A DNA stretch of 64,000 bases. Origin: an uncultured Myxococcales bacterium (lineage in GTDB: Bacteria > Myxococcota_A > UBA9042 > CAIXZC01). The notes under the pieces are model-generated. The model was not told the DNA's origin, ran no database searches, and saw only the letters and a list, made by a program, of their open reading frames with translations. Every line of letters starts with the position of its first letter. Position 1 is the first letter of the stretch. The stretch lies in the NCBI GenBank assembly GCA_964626565.1, contig CAZVFX010000011.1, positions 15,922 to 79,921 of the forward strand, read 5' to 3'. This document shows positions 16,887 through 26,741 of this stretch, piece by piece. The position numbers were made by a program, and so were the translations under genes.

Positions 16887-18674
16887 CTAAAGAGCCCGGG
16901 TGGCCCGCTCCAGCCATTCCAAATCTGCGCCCTCAAGCAGGGGCGAAAGAGTTTCCTTAACCTTCGCATGGTAGTTGTTGATCTGCTCGACCTCCCTGCG
17001 ACACAACATGCTCTCATCCACCAGGTTCAGGTCGTAAGGACACAGGGTCAATTCATCGAAACCGAGGAATGTACCCGAGTCCGTGGCGGTCTTCTCAACC
17101 ACCAGCACCAGGTTTTCGATGCGAATGCCGTATCCGTCGGTTTCGTAGAAACCAGGTTCGTTGGATAGTATATTGCCCGGTTTCAGCGGGGTGAGGTTCT
17201 TCCGGGGCGAAACGCTGAACGGCCCTTCATGAACACACAGTGCAGCCCCCACTCCGTGACCGGTGCCGTGTCCGTAGTTGAGGCCGAGGTTCCACAGATG
17301 GCACCGAGCCAGAACGTCCAGTTGGTAGCCGTCCGTTCCCGCCGGGAAAAGCGCGCCGCCGAGCTGCAGGTGCCCTTGAAGTACCGCGGTATAGGCGCGC
17401 TTCTGGTCGTCGGTGGCAGGCCCGAGGGCAACGGTCCTGGTTATATCGGTTGTGCCGTCCTCGTACTGGCCCCCCGAATCGATGAGAAGCAGGTTGCCCG
17501 GCGCCACGGCGGCATTGGACTCAGGAGTCGCTGAGTAATGCACGATAGCGCCGTTAGGACCATAGGCCGAGATGGTCGAGAAGCTGGTCCCCACAAACAG
17601 TTCGTTTACGCCGCGCAGACCGGCCAGTTTCTCAGCTATGGAGATCTCCGTCTGCCCGCCGGCCTCCACCGCCCCCTCAAGCCAATTGAGGAAACGAACC
17701 ATGGACGCTCCATCCCGAACGTGACAGTTGCGCATGCCGGCAATTTCGGCGGAGTTCTTCGCAGCTTTCCAGGTAGGCACCACGCCCGTTTTCCGCACAA
17801 CGCGCGGACACGCCTCTGCCAGGATTTCGGCGGCCTGGGAGTTGACCGTTGCAGGGTCGAACCACACCACGGTTCCCCCTTTGCCCAGCTCTCGAAGGTA
17901 CTCCTCCAGGCTCTCGTAGGGCCGTACCGACACGGAATCAGGCAGGCCGTGGAACACCTCTTCGCTGAACTTGTTCCTTTCGGCGAACAGCGATGCTTTG
18001 CCGTGCTCCACCACAGCATAGGCGATGAAGACCGGATTGTGCGCCACGTCACAACCTCTGAGGTTGAACAGCCACGCCACCTCGTCAAGGGCCCCCAACA
18101 GATGGGCGCCGGCCCCCAATCCTTCCATGTATTCGGCAAGGCGCCGCAACTTGTCCGCAGCCGCCTCTCCGGCCCACTCTTCAGGATGCAGCCGGACCTT
18201 CCCGGATGGCATCGGGGGGCGGGCCTCGCCCCACACCTCGTCCACCAGATCCGAAGCCACTGGATGCAGGGCGATGTAACCCTTCTTCATCGCCTTGTCC
18301 AACGCCCGGTATTCTGCGTCGGAAATCACGGCTGGATCAACGCCGACCCTGGCCTTGCGGGGGAGCTGGGCGCACAACCACTCCTGGTGCTCCGGAACTC
18401 CGGGCTGGCCCTGACGAAACAGATCGATTCCGCTGCCCGCCAGTTGCTGTTCCGCTTGAATGAAATACCGGGAATCGGTCCACAGTCCAGCCCCGTCTGC
18501 GGTAACCACCACGGTGCCGGCAGATCCGTTGAACCCGCTGAGGAACGCCCGCCGCTGCCAGTGCCCGGCGACGTACTCACTCTGATGCGGGTCCGCGCTG
18601 GGCACCACGTAGGCGTCCAAATCCTGCTGGGCCATCAGGCTGCGTAACGCTGCTAATCTCTCTTTTGCATCCAT
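16887..18674 (-). CDS. pepP: Xaa-Pro aminopeptidase (M24B family, three-domain aminopeptidase P type)
   Basis: Creatinase_N-like N-terminus and the pita-bread C-terminus HGTGHGVG...NEPGFY...GIRIENLVLV. The start is set at ATG 18672-18674 (MDAKERL, RBS GGAGGA); the track extends 12 codons upstream. Confidence 0.8.
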   Translation of the reverse strand: MDAKERLAALRSLMAQQDLDAYVVPSADPHQSEYVAGHWQRRAFLSGFNGSAGTVVVTADGAGLWTDSRYFIQAEQQLAGSGIDLFRQGQPGVPEHQEWLCAQLPRKARVGVDPAVISDAEYRALDKAMKKGYIALHPVASDLVDEVWGEARPPMPSGKVRLHPEEWAGEAAADKLRRLAEYMEGLGAGAHLLGALDEVAWLFNLRGCDVAHNPVFIAYAVVEHGKASLFAERNKFSEEVFHGLPDSVSVRPYESLEEYLRELGKGGTVVWFDPATVNSQAAEILAEACPRVVRKTGVVPTWKAAKNSAEIAGMRNCHVRDGASMVRFLNWLEGAVEAGGQTEISIAEKLAGLRGVNELFVGTSFSTISAYGPNGAIVHYSATPESNAAVAPGNLLLIDSGGQYEDGTTDITRTVALGPATDDQKRAYTAVLQGHLQLGGALFPAGTDGYQLDVLARCHLWNLGLNYGHGTGHGVGAALCVHEGPFSVSPRKNLTPLKPGNILSNEPGFYETDGYGIRIENLVLVVEKTATDSGTFLGFDELTLCPYDLNLVDESMLCRREVEQINNYHAKVKETLSPLLEGADLEWLERATRAL

Positions 18675-18805
18675 CCTCTTGATCCTCCGCTGGTGACGTC
18701 GACTCAGCAATGATATCGACCCGGGAAACGAAAAGCCAGCGTGTTTGACACCCTAATCGCCACCGGGGTATTCTGGTCTGAGCAGGACTTCCTCGGGAGG
18801 ATCAC

Positions 18806-19981
18806 TTGAATAGCCGCGCTTTTGCCACCCTATTGTTGGCCGGTTTCTGGGCTCTTTTCGTTTCAGCGACGGGGTGCCGGGATGCTCCAAAGCCTGGACA
18901 AGCCGCGCCCGACTCCGGGGTTGAGCCTTCCGGGCCTTCTCAGACTCACCCTAAGAAGCTGCCACACTACGGAATTGAGATCATCGATTCGCACGTTCAT
19001 ATCCGCCCCGATATGATGTCTCTGGCTCAAGCGCTGGAAGTATTCGACAACTCAGGGGTAAAGGAATTTGTGGCCAAGAGCGGCGGCGCATACGGAACGC
19101 CGCGGTACTTCGCTACCCTCGCAATGAAGAGAGTGTTGGGCGATCGCTTCGAGTTCTTCTGCAATATCGATTGGGACAACATCGACAGCCCGTCTTTCGG
19201 CGTAGTCACCGCCGCGGGCCTGGAAAAAGCCGCCGCGACCGGCGCCAAGGGCTTCAAGATATTCAAAGCCCTCGGCCTGCACGTTCGGACCGCTAATGGC
19301 AAACTGGTCCCGGTGGACGACCCCCGCCTGGACCCCATCTTTGAAAAGGCGGGAGAACTGGGCCTCATCGCGGCCATTCATACAGCCGACCCGGTGGCGT
19401 TTTTCGAGCCGGTGAATCCTCAAAATGAGCGCTACGCGGAGTTGTCCATCGCCGACAGTTGGAGCTTCCATGGCAAGGAATTCCCGGGGCATGACGAACT
19501 GCTCGCACAGCGGGATCGCCGTATCGCGCGTCACCCCAAGACCAGGTTTCTATTGATTCACCTGGCCAACTATCCGGAAGACCTGGACTACGTTGACAAG
19601 TTGCTGGACCGCTTCCCCAACGTCTGGGTGGATACCTCGGCCCGCGTTCCCGAGTTCGGGCGCCACCCACCCGAGCAGGTGCGTGCGTTCTTCATCAAGC
19701 ACCAGGACCGCATACTGTTCGGCAGCGACTTCATCTCCAACCCCGGTGGAATGCAACTTGGGTCTGTTTCAGAAAAGGAGCCTACAATCGCAGATGCGAT
19801 CATATTCTTCAACCGTCACTGGAAGTATTTCGAGACCGATGAGCGACAGATGGCACACCCCACGCCCATCCAGGGAGACTGGAAGGTGGACGGGATCAAT
19901 TTACCCCAGAATGTGCTCCTGAAAATCTACCGGACAAATGCAGAGAAACTCATCTTCGCACCGCTTACGCCGCTGAAATAG
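18806..19981 (+). CDS. Amidohydrolase-family (TIM-barrel metal-dependent hydrolase) lipoprotein
   Basis: TTG start with RBS GGGAGG; signal LLLAGFWALFVSATGC; IIDSHVHIRPD metal-binding motif. Confidence 0.6.
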   Translation: MNSRAFATLLLAGFWALFVSATGCRDAPKPGQAAPDSGVEPSGPSQTHPKKLPHYGIEIIDSHVHIRPDMMSLAQALEVFDNSGVKEFVAKSGGAYGTPRYFATLAMKRVLGDRFEFFCNIDWDNIDSPSFGVVTAAGLEKAAATGAKGFKIFKALGLHVRTANGKLVPVDDPRLDPIFEKAGELGLIAAIHTADPVAFFEPVNPQNERYAELSIADSWSFHGKEFPGHDELLAQRDRRIARHPKTRFLLIHLANYPEDLDYVDKLLDRFPNVWVDTSARVPEFGRHPPEQVRAFFIKHQDRILFGSDFISNPGGMQLGSVSEKEPTIADAIIFFNRHWKYFETDERQMAHPTPIQGDWKVDGINLPQNVLLKIYRTNAEKLIFAPLTPLK

Positions 19982-19994
19982 CGCAAGGAACTGG

Positions 19995-20393
19995 CTACCC
20001 ACCGCAGCAGCAGCAACCGGACCCGAGCCAGGCGAAGATGGCAATTATCACGAAGAATACCCAGTGGAACATCTTGGCAAGGGCCTTGTCGATGCCGGAC
20101 TTCAACGCAATGACGATTTCCCAAATTGCGAACAGGGCATAATTGCAGGCGATGAACTTCGCTACGTGAGCTGAGCCCTCACCCCCGACTCCGAACGCGA
20201 TGGCGAACAACGCGGCCGCAGAGAGGAGCAGAAACACCGAGACGTAGTGGAACACCGCCTCAAGCACCTTCTTTGGCACCGCGTCCAGGTCGCTGGCAAG
20301 CATCGGTTTAAGGTACTCTTTCGTGCCTACGAAGAAGTGTCCCATAGTGGTCACCGCCGCGGCGATCGCGGCAATCAAGATCATCCAGTTCAT
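19995..20393 (-). CDS. Small 4-TM membrane protein with C-terminal GSGCCCCGG tail
   Basis: Hydrophobic helices; ATG at 20391-20393 with RBS GAGGAGG; four consecutive Cys codons at the C-terminus. Confidence 0.5.
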   Translation of the reverse strand: MNWMILIAAIAAAVTTMGHFFVGTKEYLKPMLASDLDAVPKKVLEAVFHYVSVFLLLSAAALFAIAFGVGGEGSAHVAKFIACNYALFAIWEIVIALKSGIDKALAKMFHWVFFVIIAIFAWLGSGCCCCGG

Positions 20394-20428
20394 TACTACC
20401 TCCTCTAACAACCGCTGAGTTCAATCAC

Positions 20429-21391
20429 CTAGCGAATCACGTTGAGCTTGTTCCCCACAATCTCCAGCACCTCAACCGGCCCTCCGAAATAGGCGGGATT
20501 CATGCCGGTATCGATCTTCCATATGCCTTCCTCGCAGGAAGTAGAGATGTGGTCGTGGATCGTGTGCCCCACCACCATACGCTTGACCTTCAACAGGTCC
20601 AGGGTCTCCGCGAGCAGCTTGCAATCGCCCGCATCGGGGGCCTTGGCAAAGGCCCTCAGCCAGATGGGGCTTGAACGGTCGGTGAGTTCGGTGGCTACTG
20701 AGTCGGTCTTGCCCGAAAGCCAGTCGGCCATTTCCCGGTTGATCCGGTCTACTCCATAACGGACGTGGTCGGGATGAAGGCCGCCATGGACAAACACCGT
20801 GTCGCCCACGATCAGTACAAAAGGATAGTTGGCCAGCTTCACAGCTAACGGACCGCCCGGCATGAACGCGGCTGCGCGCCAGCGCTGTACCGGCGGGCGC
20901 GACTTCACATCCGGATGGGTCAACTCGACCTTGCCGTCGTATCGCTCCTTGAAAGTGGAGTAGCCCTTGGGAGTGACGGCCCAGAATTGCAAAGTGGCAT
21001 TCATCACTTCATGATTGCCGTTCATGACATGGAGTGCGCCCCCTGCTTTCTTTGCCTCGGGCTGCAGCTTGTCGAACAGATCCACGATAGCCAGCTCGTC
21101 GTCGCCCCGATCGGTGAAATCGCCGGTAATCACCACTACCAGTTTGCCGCCGATCCATTCGTCCTTGTCATTGATGGCGCCGGCCTTCTTGAGCGCGTTG
21201 CGGGCCTGGTCCAGCCGGCCGTGAAGGTCGCCGATAGCCACCAGGCGCTCCGGTGCGGGCAGACGGGTCGCGGCGGGTACAGGTTTGGTTTCGGCAAGCG
21301 CAGGTGAGTATGCCGCTTGAAGGCCAAAGGTGATTGCAAGAACAGGCAGTAAGACTGCGACCGCCATTCGACTGATTCTGTTGCTGATCAT
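20429..21391 (-). CDS. Secreted calcineurin-like metallophosphoesterase
   Basis: GDLHG, GDFTDRG and GNHE motifs; N-terminal signal peptide. Confidence 0.75.
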   Translation of the reverse strand: MISNRISRMAVAVLLPVLAITFGLQAAYSPALAETKPVPAATRLPAPERLVAIGDLHGRLDQARNALKKAGAINDKDEWIGGKLVVVITGDFTDRGDDELAIVDLFDKLQPEAKKAGGALHVMNGNHEVMNATLQFWAVTPKGYSTFKERYDGKVELTHPDVKSRPPVQRWRAAAFMPGGPLAVKLANYPFVLIVGDTVFVHGGLHPDHVRYGVDRINREMADWLSGKTDSVATELTDRSSPIWLRAFAKAPDAGDCKLLAETLDLLKVKRMVVGHTIHDHISTSCEEGIWKIDTGMNPAYFGGPVEVLEIVGNKLNVIR

Positions 21392-21422
21392 AGGACTACG
21401 CCTCTCGTCGGTATGTTTGCAG

Positions 21423-23378
21423 CTACAGCGGAAAGGTCAACTCGCAACCGGTGCCGATGACTCTAAGCCCATCAACAACCCAGCCGCGGAAGCCGTTGTA
21501 ACCGGCGTCTCCGGTTTCGAAGTAGAATCGCACGAACATGACTCCGCTGGCGAGCACTTCGCCCAGCACCGGCTCCTCCAACGCAATGTCGGCCAGGGAC
21601 CAGATCGGAGTCTTGAAGTAGCCGGCGGAAGTGTACGCCTTGTCCGAATCACCGTCGGTATCGATATCCGGATTCAGCGAACCCACCTCGTAGTAGAATA
21701 CCCCATCCGCCGACACTTGCACTTCCATGCGATCATATTCCTGGTTGGGGTCCTGGCCCTCGATCTCGAACCAGTAGGAGAATACGATTCTGACGTCCTC
21801 GAGGCCCCCGCCCACCGGATAGCCGGGAGAAGTATAGTCTCCCCACAACCCGCCGCTGGAGATTCCGCCGTTCTTGTCCTCGCACACAGAGCCTGTGCCC
21901 AGATAGTTGCCCGCCCCCGGCCTCCCGAACCAGATTGTGTGCAGCCCCTCCACCGCCCGGGGTAATGCTGCCGGCTCGGGGATACAGCCCTGCTGAGCCG
22001 CGGTGGCGCAGATCTGACAATCGTCCAGCGGTTCGTCAGGGTCGGGGACGCAGATTTCACTGTCCGAGATGGTGACGCACTCAGGGTAGGCACTGTTGAG
22101 AGTGACGTCATTTACGCGCCGGTGCCAATAGACACCGTGATGGGGGTCGGATGCCGACCACCCGTTGTCCACCTCGAATCCCTCCTCGAAGCAAAGGGTC
22201 GCATCATCCGGCTCGAGGTCGAAGTGCATGAACCTGACCACATTGGGCGTCACTGAAACCGGCCCCTTGGCCTGTGGAAAGTGCCCGCCCGCCATGGCGC
22301 GCCCGTACCATTCTACAGTATCGCCAAGCCACACACCGCCGAAGCAGTATCCACCATGCTCCTCGGTTGAGGTTGATGCCACCAGGTTGAGCACGCTGCT
22401 CGCACCCAGGGTAACCGTTGCGAACGGCAATGCCGCACCGGACACCTGGTCGGTGACGCGGCCGCACATGGACAGGTATTCGTGATCGTTGTCCAGCCCC
22501 TGCATATAGAAGTTCACCAGCAACAGGTCTCCCTCGGCAAGGGAGAAGTCCTCGGTGATCATCTTGTGATACCCTTCGGCAGTCGCCTCGAGGCAAAAAT
22601 CCCCGGCAGGCAATGGCACCAGGTAGGCCCCGTCCAGAGGCGACACATCCGCGGAAATCACTGAACCTTCATCGTCGTCCAGGTCGCACTCCCCCGCGGG
22701 CCGGGCAACAATGGCCACCCCGCCGATCGGTTTGCCGCTAAGTGCGCTGAGTGTCCTTCCAAACACCGATGCGCAGGAAAGGTCCTCATCGATGTCACCA
22801 TCGCAATCGTTATCAACCCCGTCGCACGCCTCAACCTGTGCCCCTTCCAACGGGTCACACTCCTGCTCAACCCCTTCGAGGCAAAAGTCCACAACGTGTT
22901 CGCACAGACCAATGCCGCAGGTCACGGTGCCCAGCTCCTCGTCAATCTCATCGTCGCAGTCGTTGTCCAAGCCGTCGCACACCTCCTCTTCCGGGATACA
23001 CTGCTCAACATCCGTCTCGGCCGCCAGGTCCTCCAGGTCGTCGCCAACGTCAGGAACCAGTGTGTCCTCTACCTCTTCCAGCAGGTCAAGCGGTGTCGCC
23101 TGGTCGGGTGTTTTCGTATCCAATTCCGGGCTTAGATCCAGTTGTACCGCGACTTCAACTTCCTGGGCCAGGTCGCTCTCCGGAATCAGGTCCGGCTCCA
23201 CCACCAGGTCAACAGGGCTGCAGGTGAAGTCCTCCATGCAGTAGGAGCCCGCCGGACACTGCTCGTCCACCAGGCAAGTGGTAGGACTTCCGGTCAGCTC
23301 TATCTTGCCGCCTGAGCAGCCCGCCAGCAGAGCGAGCAACATCAACTGTATTGCTTTCATGAGATTTCCCTTCGTCAT
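21423..23378 (-). CDS. Lipoprotein with CDG(L/V)DNDCD(x)IDE metal-binding-like repeats and a C-terminal beta-sandwich (choice-of-anchor/MAM-like) domain
   Basis: LMLLALLAGCSG lipobox; CDGLDNDCDDEIDE and CDGVDNDCDGDIDE motifs; acidic linker. Confidence 0.55.
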   Translation of the reverse strand: MTKGNLMKAIQLMLLALLAGCSGGKIELTGSPTTCLVDEQCPAGSYCMEDFTCSPVDLVVEPDLIPESDLAQEVEVAVQLDLSPELDTKTPDQATPLDLLEEVEDTLVPDVGDDLEDLAAETDVEQCIPEEEVCDGLDNDCDDEIDEELGTVTCGIGLCEHVVDFCLEGVEQECDPLEGAQVEACDGVDNDCDGDIDEDLSCASVFGRTLSALSGKPIGGVAIVARPAGECDLDDDEGSVISADVSPLDGAYLVPLPAGDFCLEATAEGYHKMITEDFSLAEGDLLLVNFYMQGLDNDHEYLSMCGRVTDQVSGAALPFATVTLGASSVLNLVASTSTEEHGGYCFGGVWLGDTVEWYGRAMAGGHFPQAKGPVSVTPNVVRFMHFDLEPDDATLCFEEGFEVDNGWSASDPHHGVYWHRRVNDVTLNSAYPECVTISDSEICVPDPDEPLDDCQICATAAQQGCIPEPAALPRAVEGLHTIWFGRPGAGNYLGTGSVCEDKNGGISSGGLWGDYTSPGYPVGGGLEDVRIVFSYWFEIEGQDPNQEYDRMEVQVSADGVFYYEVGSLNPDIDTDGDSDKAYTSAGYFKTPIWSLADIALEEPVLGEVLASGVMFVRFYFETGDAGYNGFRGWVVDGLRVIGTGCELTFPL

Positions 23379-23413
23379 GTTCTTTCCTCTCATCAGCGCC
23401 TGCACCTCTGGTG

Positions 23414-25210
23414 CTAATTCTTGTACTTGACCTTGAACTCCACCCGGCGATTGCGCTGCCGGCCTTCTTCTGTGGAGTTGTCATCTATGGGCTGCGTCAA
23501 GCCAAAGCCCTTCGCCTTCAGCCTTCCCGACGCCACACCCATCTGGATGAGGTATTTGCGCACCGCCTTGGCTCTTCGCTTGGAGAGCTGCAGGTTGTGT
23601 GCGGCCGTAAAAGTGTTGTCCGTGTGTCCGCCAACGGTGACAACTGCGATCTCGTCATGCTCAAGAATCACCCTGGCCACCTCGTCCAAGACGGGCTTCC
23701 ACTCGGACAGGATCACGTCATCATCAACGTCAAACTCGATGCGCTGAATGATCACGATCTTCTCTTTGGTGAGTTTGGGAGGCGGACAACCGTTGAGTTT
23801 CACCTGATCCGACGGCTCTCCGGGGGTGTCGGGGCAGGCGTCCCGCGGGTCGATGACTCCGTCCCCGTCGCGGTCGGGGCAGCCGTTCAACGCCGGGTCG
23901 GTGTGAGGCTGGCCGGGCAGGTCGGGACACGCATCGTCACGATCCACAATGCCGTCACCGTCCCGGTCCGGACAACCGTGATCGCCCGGGTTGTCGGAAG
24001 CCGGTCCCGGATCCCGGGGGCAAGCATCCTTCAAGTCGATGATGCCGTCTCCATCTAGGTCCGGACACCCGTGGCTGGCGGCGTCCTGGTTGGGCTTGCC
24101 CGCCTCGTCCGGACACGCGTCCACCTTGTCGATGATTCCATCGCCGTCACGATCGGGACAGCCGTTCATGGAGGGGTCGGAGAAACGCTTGCCCGGAGTA
24201 TCGGGGCAGGCGTCGGTATCATCCGGGATCCCATCGCGGTCCCGGTCGGCAACGGGTTCAGGCTTAATGCCGCAGCTCTCGAACCTCAGCCCGGTAGTCA
24301 GGCGCAGGCTGGTATCCCCGATGCCATCGGTGAAACCGCCCCCGCCCGCCGCGTATAGCCGGGCAAAGTCAGCCAGGCACACGTTGGCGCCGATCTGACC
24401 TTCGAGGGAACTGCCGTTGTCACCCATGAAATCTTCCTGGGAAGAGGCGCTCAGCAACTCCCCGATAATACGAAAACGGTCGTTGCTGAAACTCTGCCTC
24501 AGCCCCAACCCGACCTGGACGTCCGACCCGGTGTCGTAGGGCCCGATCGCCTCGGTATCACGTAGTTTGTAGCCGACGTTCAGCGCGGCCAGCGTTTCCC
24601 CAACTTGCAGGTCGAGCACCAGCCGGGGCGTGAAAGTGATGCTGCCGTCGCCCGCGTACGTGCCGTCGCCAGCGGTGGGCAAGGCGACTCCCGGCTCGAG
24701 CGCGATGCCGAATCCGGCTCCACTTCTCGCCAGCAACAGCCACTTGGCTGCCACCCGCACGTCGCCGAGGCCGAAACCGTCGGCCGGAGGCGTACCCACA
24801 AAGCCGTTGTCGCCGCCTGCATACCCGACTACGGGCACGTTCACGCCGATGGAAAGCTGCTTCCAAAGCGAATAGGCGGCAAACAGATCTCCCACCACCT
24901 GGTGGTCCACAAGCTGGAACGTTAGCTGGTTGGGGTACCGCTTGTCTTCCAGCCGCAACGGATCCTTGCCGTAGGTCAGGAAGAAGCCGCCGGAGAGCCC
25001 GTCGTCAGCCGGTTGCTCGGCGGTGCGGATGGCCATCATGTCCCCGGCGTGGGGGGAAGCCTCGAATCGCTCAACGTTCACTTTGGGTTCCCCGGCTTCG
25101 GCGTCCTGAACCGGAGCCAGCGTCAAGGCAAACAGTCCGGCGATCAGCGCACAGCCCACCAACCGCACAGTGGGTGTCAGTTGAACCAATACGTCGTTAT
25201 GCATCAGCAT
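23414..25210 (-). CDS. OmpA-family outer-membrane protein with thrombospondin type-3 (Ca-binding) repeats
   Basis: N-terminal beta-barrel region; six DxDxDGxxDxxDxCP repeats; C-terminal OmpA domain (GHTDNTF...NRRVEF). Start chosen at ATG 25208-25210 (RBS GAGGAGG). Confidence 0.75.
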   Translation of the reverse strand: MLMHNDVLVQLTPTVRLVGCALIAGLFALTLAPVQDAEAGEPKVNVERFEASPHAGDMMAIRTAEQPADDGLSGGFFLTYGKDPLRLEDKRYPNQLTFQLVDHQVVGDLFAAYSLWKQLSIGVNVPVVGYAGGDNGFVGTPPADGFGLGDVRVAAKWLLLARSGAGFGIALEPGVALPTAGDGTYAGDGSITFTPRLVLDLQVGETLAALNVGYKLRDTEAIGPYDTGSDVQVGLGLRQSFSNDRFRIIGELLSASSQEDFMGDNGSSLEGQIGANVCLADFARLYAAGGGGFTDGIGDTSLRLTTGLRFESCGIKPEPVADRDRDGIPDDTDACPDTPGKRFSDPSMNGCPDRDGDGIIDKVDACPDEAGKPNQDAASHGCPDLDGDGIIDLKDACPRDPGPASDNPGDHGCPDRDGDGIVDRDDACPDLPGQPHTDPALNGCPDRDGDGVIDPRDACPDTPGEPSDQVKLNGCPPPKLTKEKIVIIQRIEFDVDDDVILSEWKPVLDEVARVILEHDEIAVVTVGGHTDNTFTAAHNLQLSKRRAKAVRKYLIQMGVASGRLKAKGFGLTQPIDDNSTEEGRQRNRRVEFKVKYKN

Positions 25211-25348
25211 TTGGAGCCACCTCCTCACGAGAGGGAAAACCAATCCTGTTCGTGTTCTCCAGGTCCTTCAGGGCCGGTAAACCATATTCACGCGCGAAAC
25301 ACAAGTCAAGATCGTATACGTGCGTTCCCGCGAAACAGGGACGGGGGG

Positions 25349-26518
25349 CTATTCCATGCGAGCCATTTCGACGACGGCCTTCACCGCCCACGGCTCTTCC
25401 TTGAGGGTGCCGGGGAGCCACTGGGGCTGGTTATCGTGAGCGTACTTTTCGTTCACGCCGTTGCCCTGCTGCGGCAGATTCACCCTTACCCACGGCACGC
25501 CGCCGTCGACTGCGACGTTGACTATGTCGTTGGTGTGTTTGTTCTGGTACCAGGCAGGTCCCCCACCCGGCCAGCCGCCGGGGTGATCGAAGGATGCAAT
25601 ATCCGCTTCAGTTTCCGGTGGCTGGGCATGATCCCAGGTCGCCTGAAGGCGCAGGTAGCGCCCCTTGAATCCGCCGATGTATTTGACTGCCTCACGCTCC
25701 TTCCAGAATGCAGCCACGTCCGGGTCGTCCGGCTCCTGCCAAACCGCCGGAAACGGGAAGATCCCTTTGACCGTATCGTATTTGTCCATGTCACCGGCGA
25801 GGAAGCGCGGCCCGTGGCAGGTGACGAAGCTGAACGGTGGCCCTTCCCCGTCCACCAGGTACTTCACCCCCAGATCGGGGTAGCGACCGACACAGCCCGC
25901 TCCCATTGTTATGCCGTACGATTGGGTTCGGATCCCCACGTTGCCGGCCGCGACGTAGGGAAGGTCCATGGTCCACTGAACCACTTTGCGCAGGCCGTCC
26001 TGATTGCGAAATCCGTTATAGTCTTCATCCCCTTCCGACTCCTTATCCTTTTCACCGGCTTTGTCGTCAACCCGGCCCTCTGCGTTGAAGCACACCACCA
26101 CCATCCCTGCCCCGGCAATCATCTCTACTTCGTCGGTGTATGCTTCAGTGCGGCCGGGATTGATCCCGCCGGGGACCTTAACCAGACCGGGAAAGCACAA
26201 TCCCGGATACTTCTCCGGGTCCGGTCGCCGGACCAATCCGTACACCGTATTGCCTGAGGGCATCACCAGTTCGAACTCCTCCAGTATCGTCTCGTACTTG
26301 TCCGTGACAGGCCCTTCCTCGGGCAGTGTGGCGGTGCACTCCGGCGCCGGGGTCGAGTCCCCCCGAACATCCACCTCCCCGCGTTCCTCAACATCCACAG
26401 CAACTTCGCTCTCCAACGCGTCCGGTTCTCCTTCCGCGGGGCTCTTGGATTCTGAGCAGTTTGCCCCCAACAGCATCGAGAAAGCCAACATGCATGCAGC
26501 AATCACTGCCCTGGTCAT
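25349..26518 (-). CDS. Hypothetical lipoprotein
   Basis: Signal and lipobox LLGANCSES; no recognisable catalytic motifs. Confidence 0.45.
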   Translation of the reverse strand: MTRAVIAACMLAFSMLLGANCSESKSPAEGEPDALESEVAVDVEERGEVDVRGDSTPAPECTATLPEEGPVTDKYETILEEFELVMPSGNTVYGLVRRPDPEKYPGLCFPGLVKVPGGINPGRTEAYTDEVEMIAGAGMVVVCFNAEGRVDDKAGEKDKESEGDEDYNGFRNQDGLRKVVQWTMDLPYVAAGNVGIRTQSYGITMGAGCVGRYPDLGVKYLVDGEGPPFSFVTCHGPRFLAGDMDKYDTVKGIFPFPAVWQEPDDPDVAAFWKEREAVKYIGGFKGRYLRLQATWDHAQPPETEADIASFDHPGGWPGGGPAWYQNKHTNDIVNVAVDGGVPWVRVNLPQQGNGVNEKYAHDNQPQWLPGTLKEEPWAVKAVVEMARME

Positions 26519-26741
26519 TTCATTCCTCCTGCCGGCTTGTACCTGCCAGTCTCCACTTCCATCGGCGATGGGGCTATTCTAGCATGCATCTCCGGGACCT
26601 CCAGAAAGAAGGTGCGCCAGCCACCGCCCCTCCATTTCTGCAATTCTTGCGGAATTTCATTGACACTTTGTCGCCTTGCGGTACACTTCGAGGATATTTG
26701 ATTTCCCGGAAGCCGACCACTTGCAACCATGGAGGAACGCC

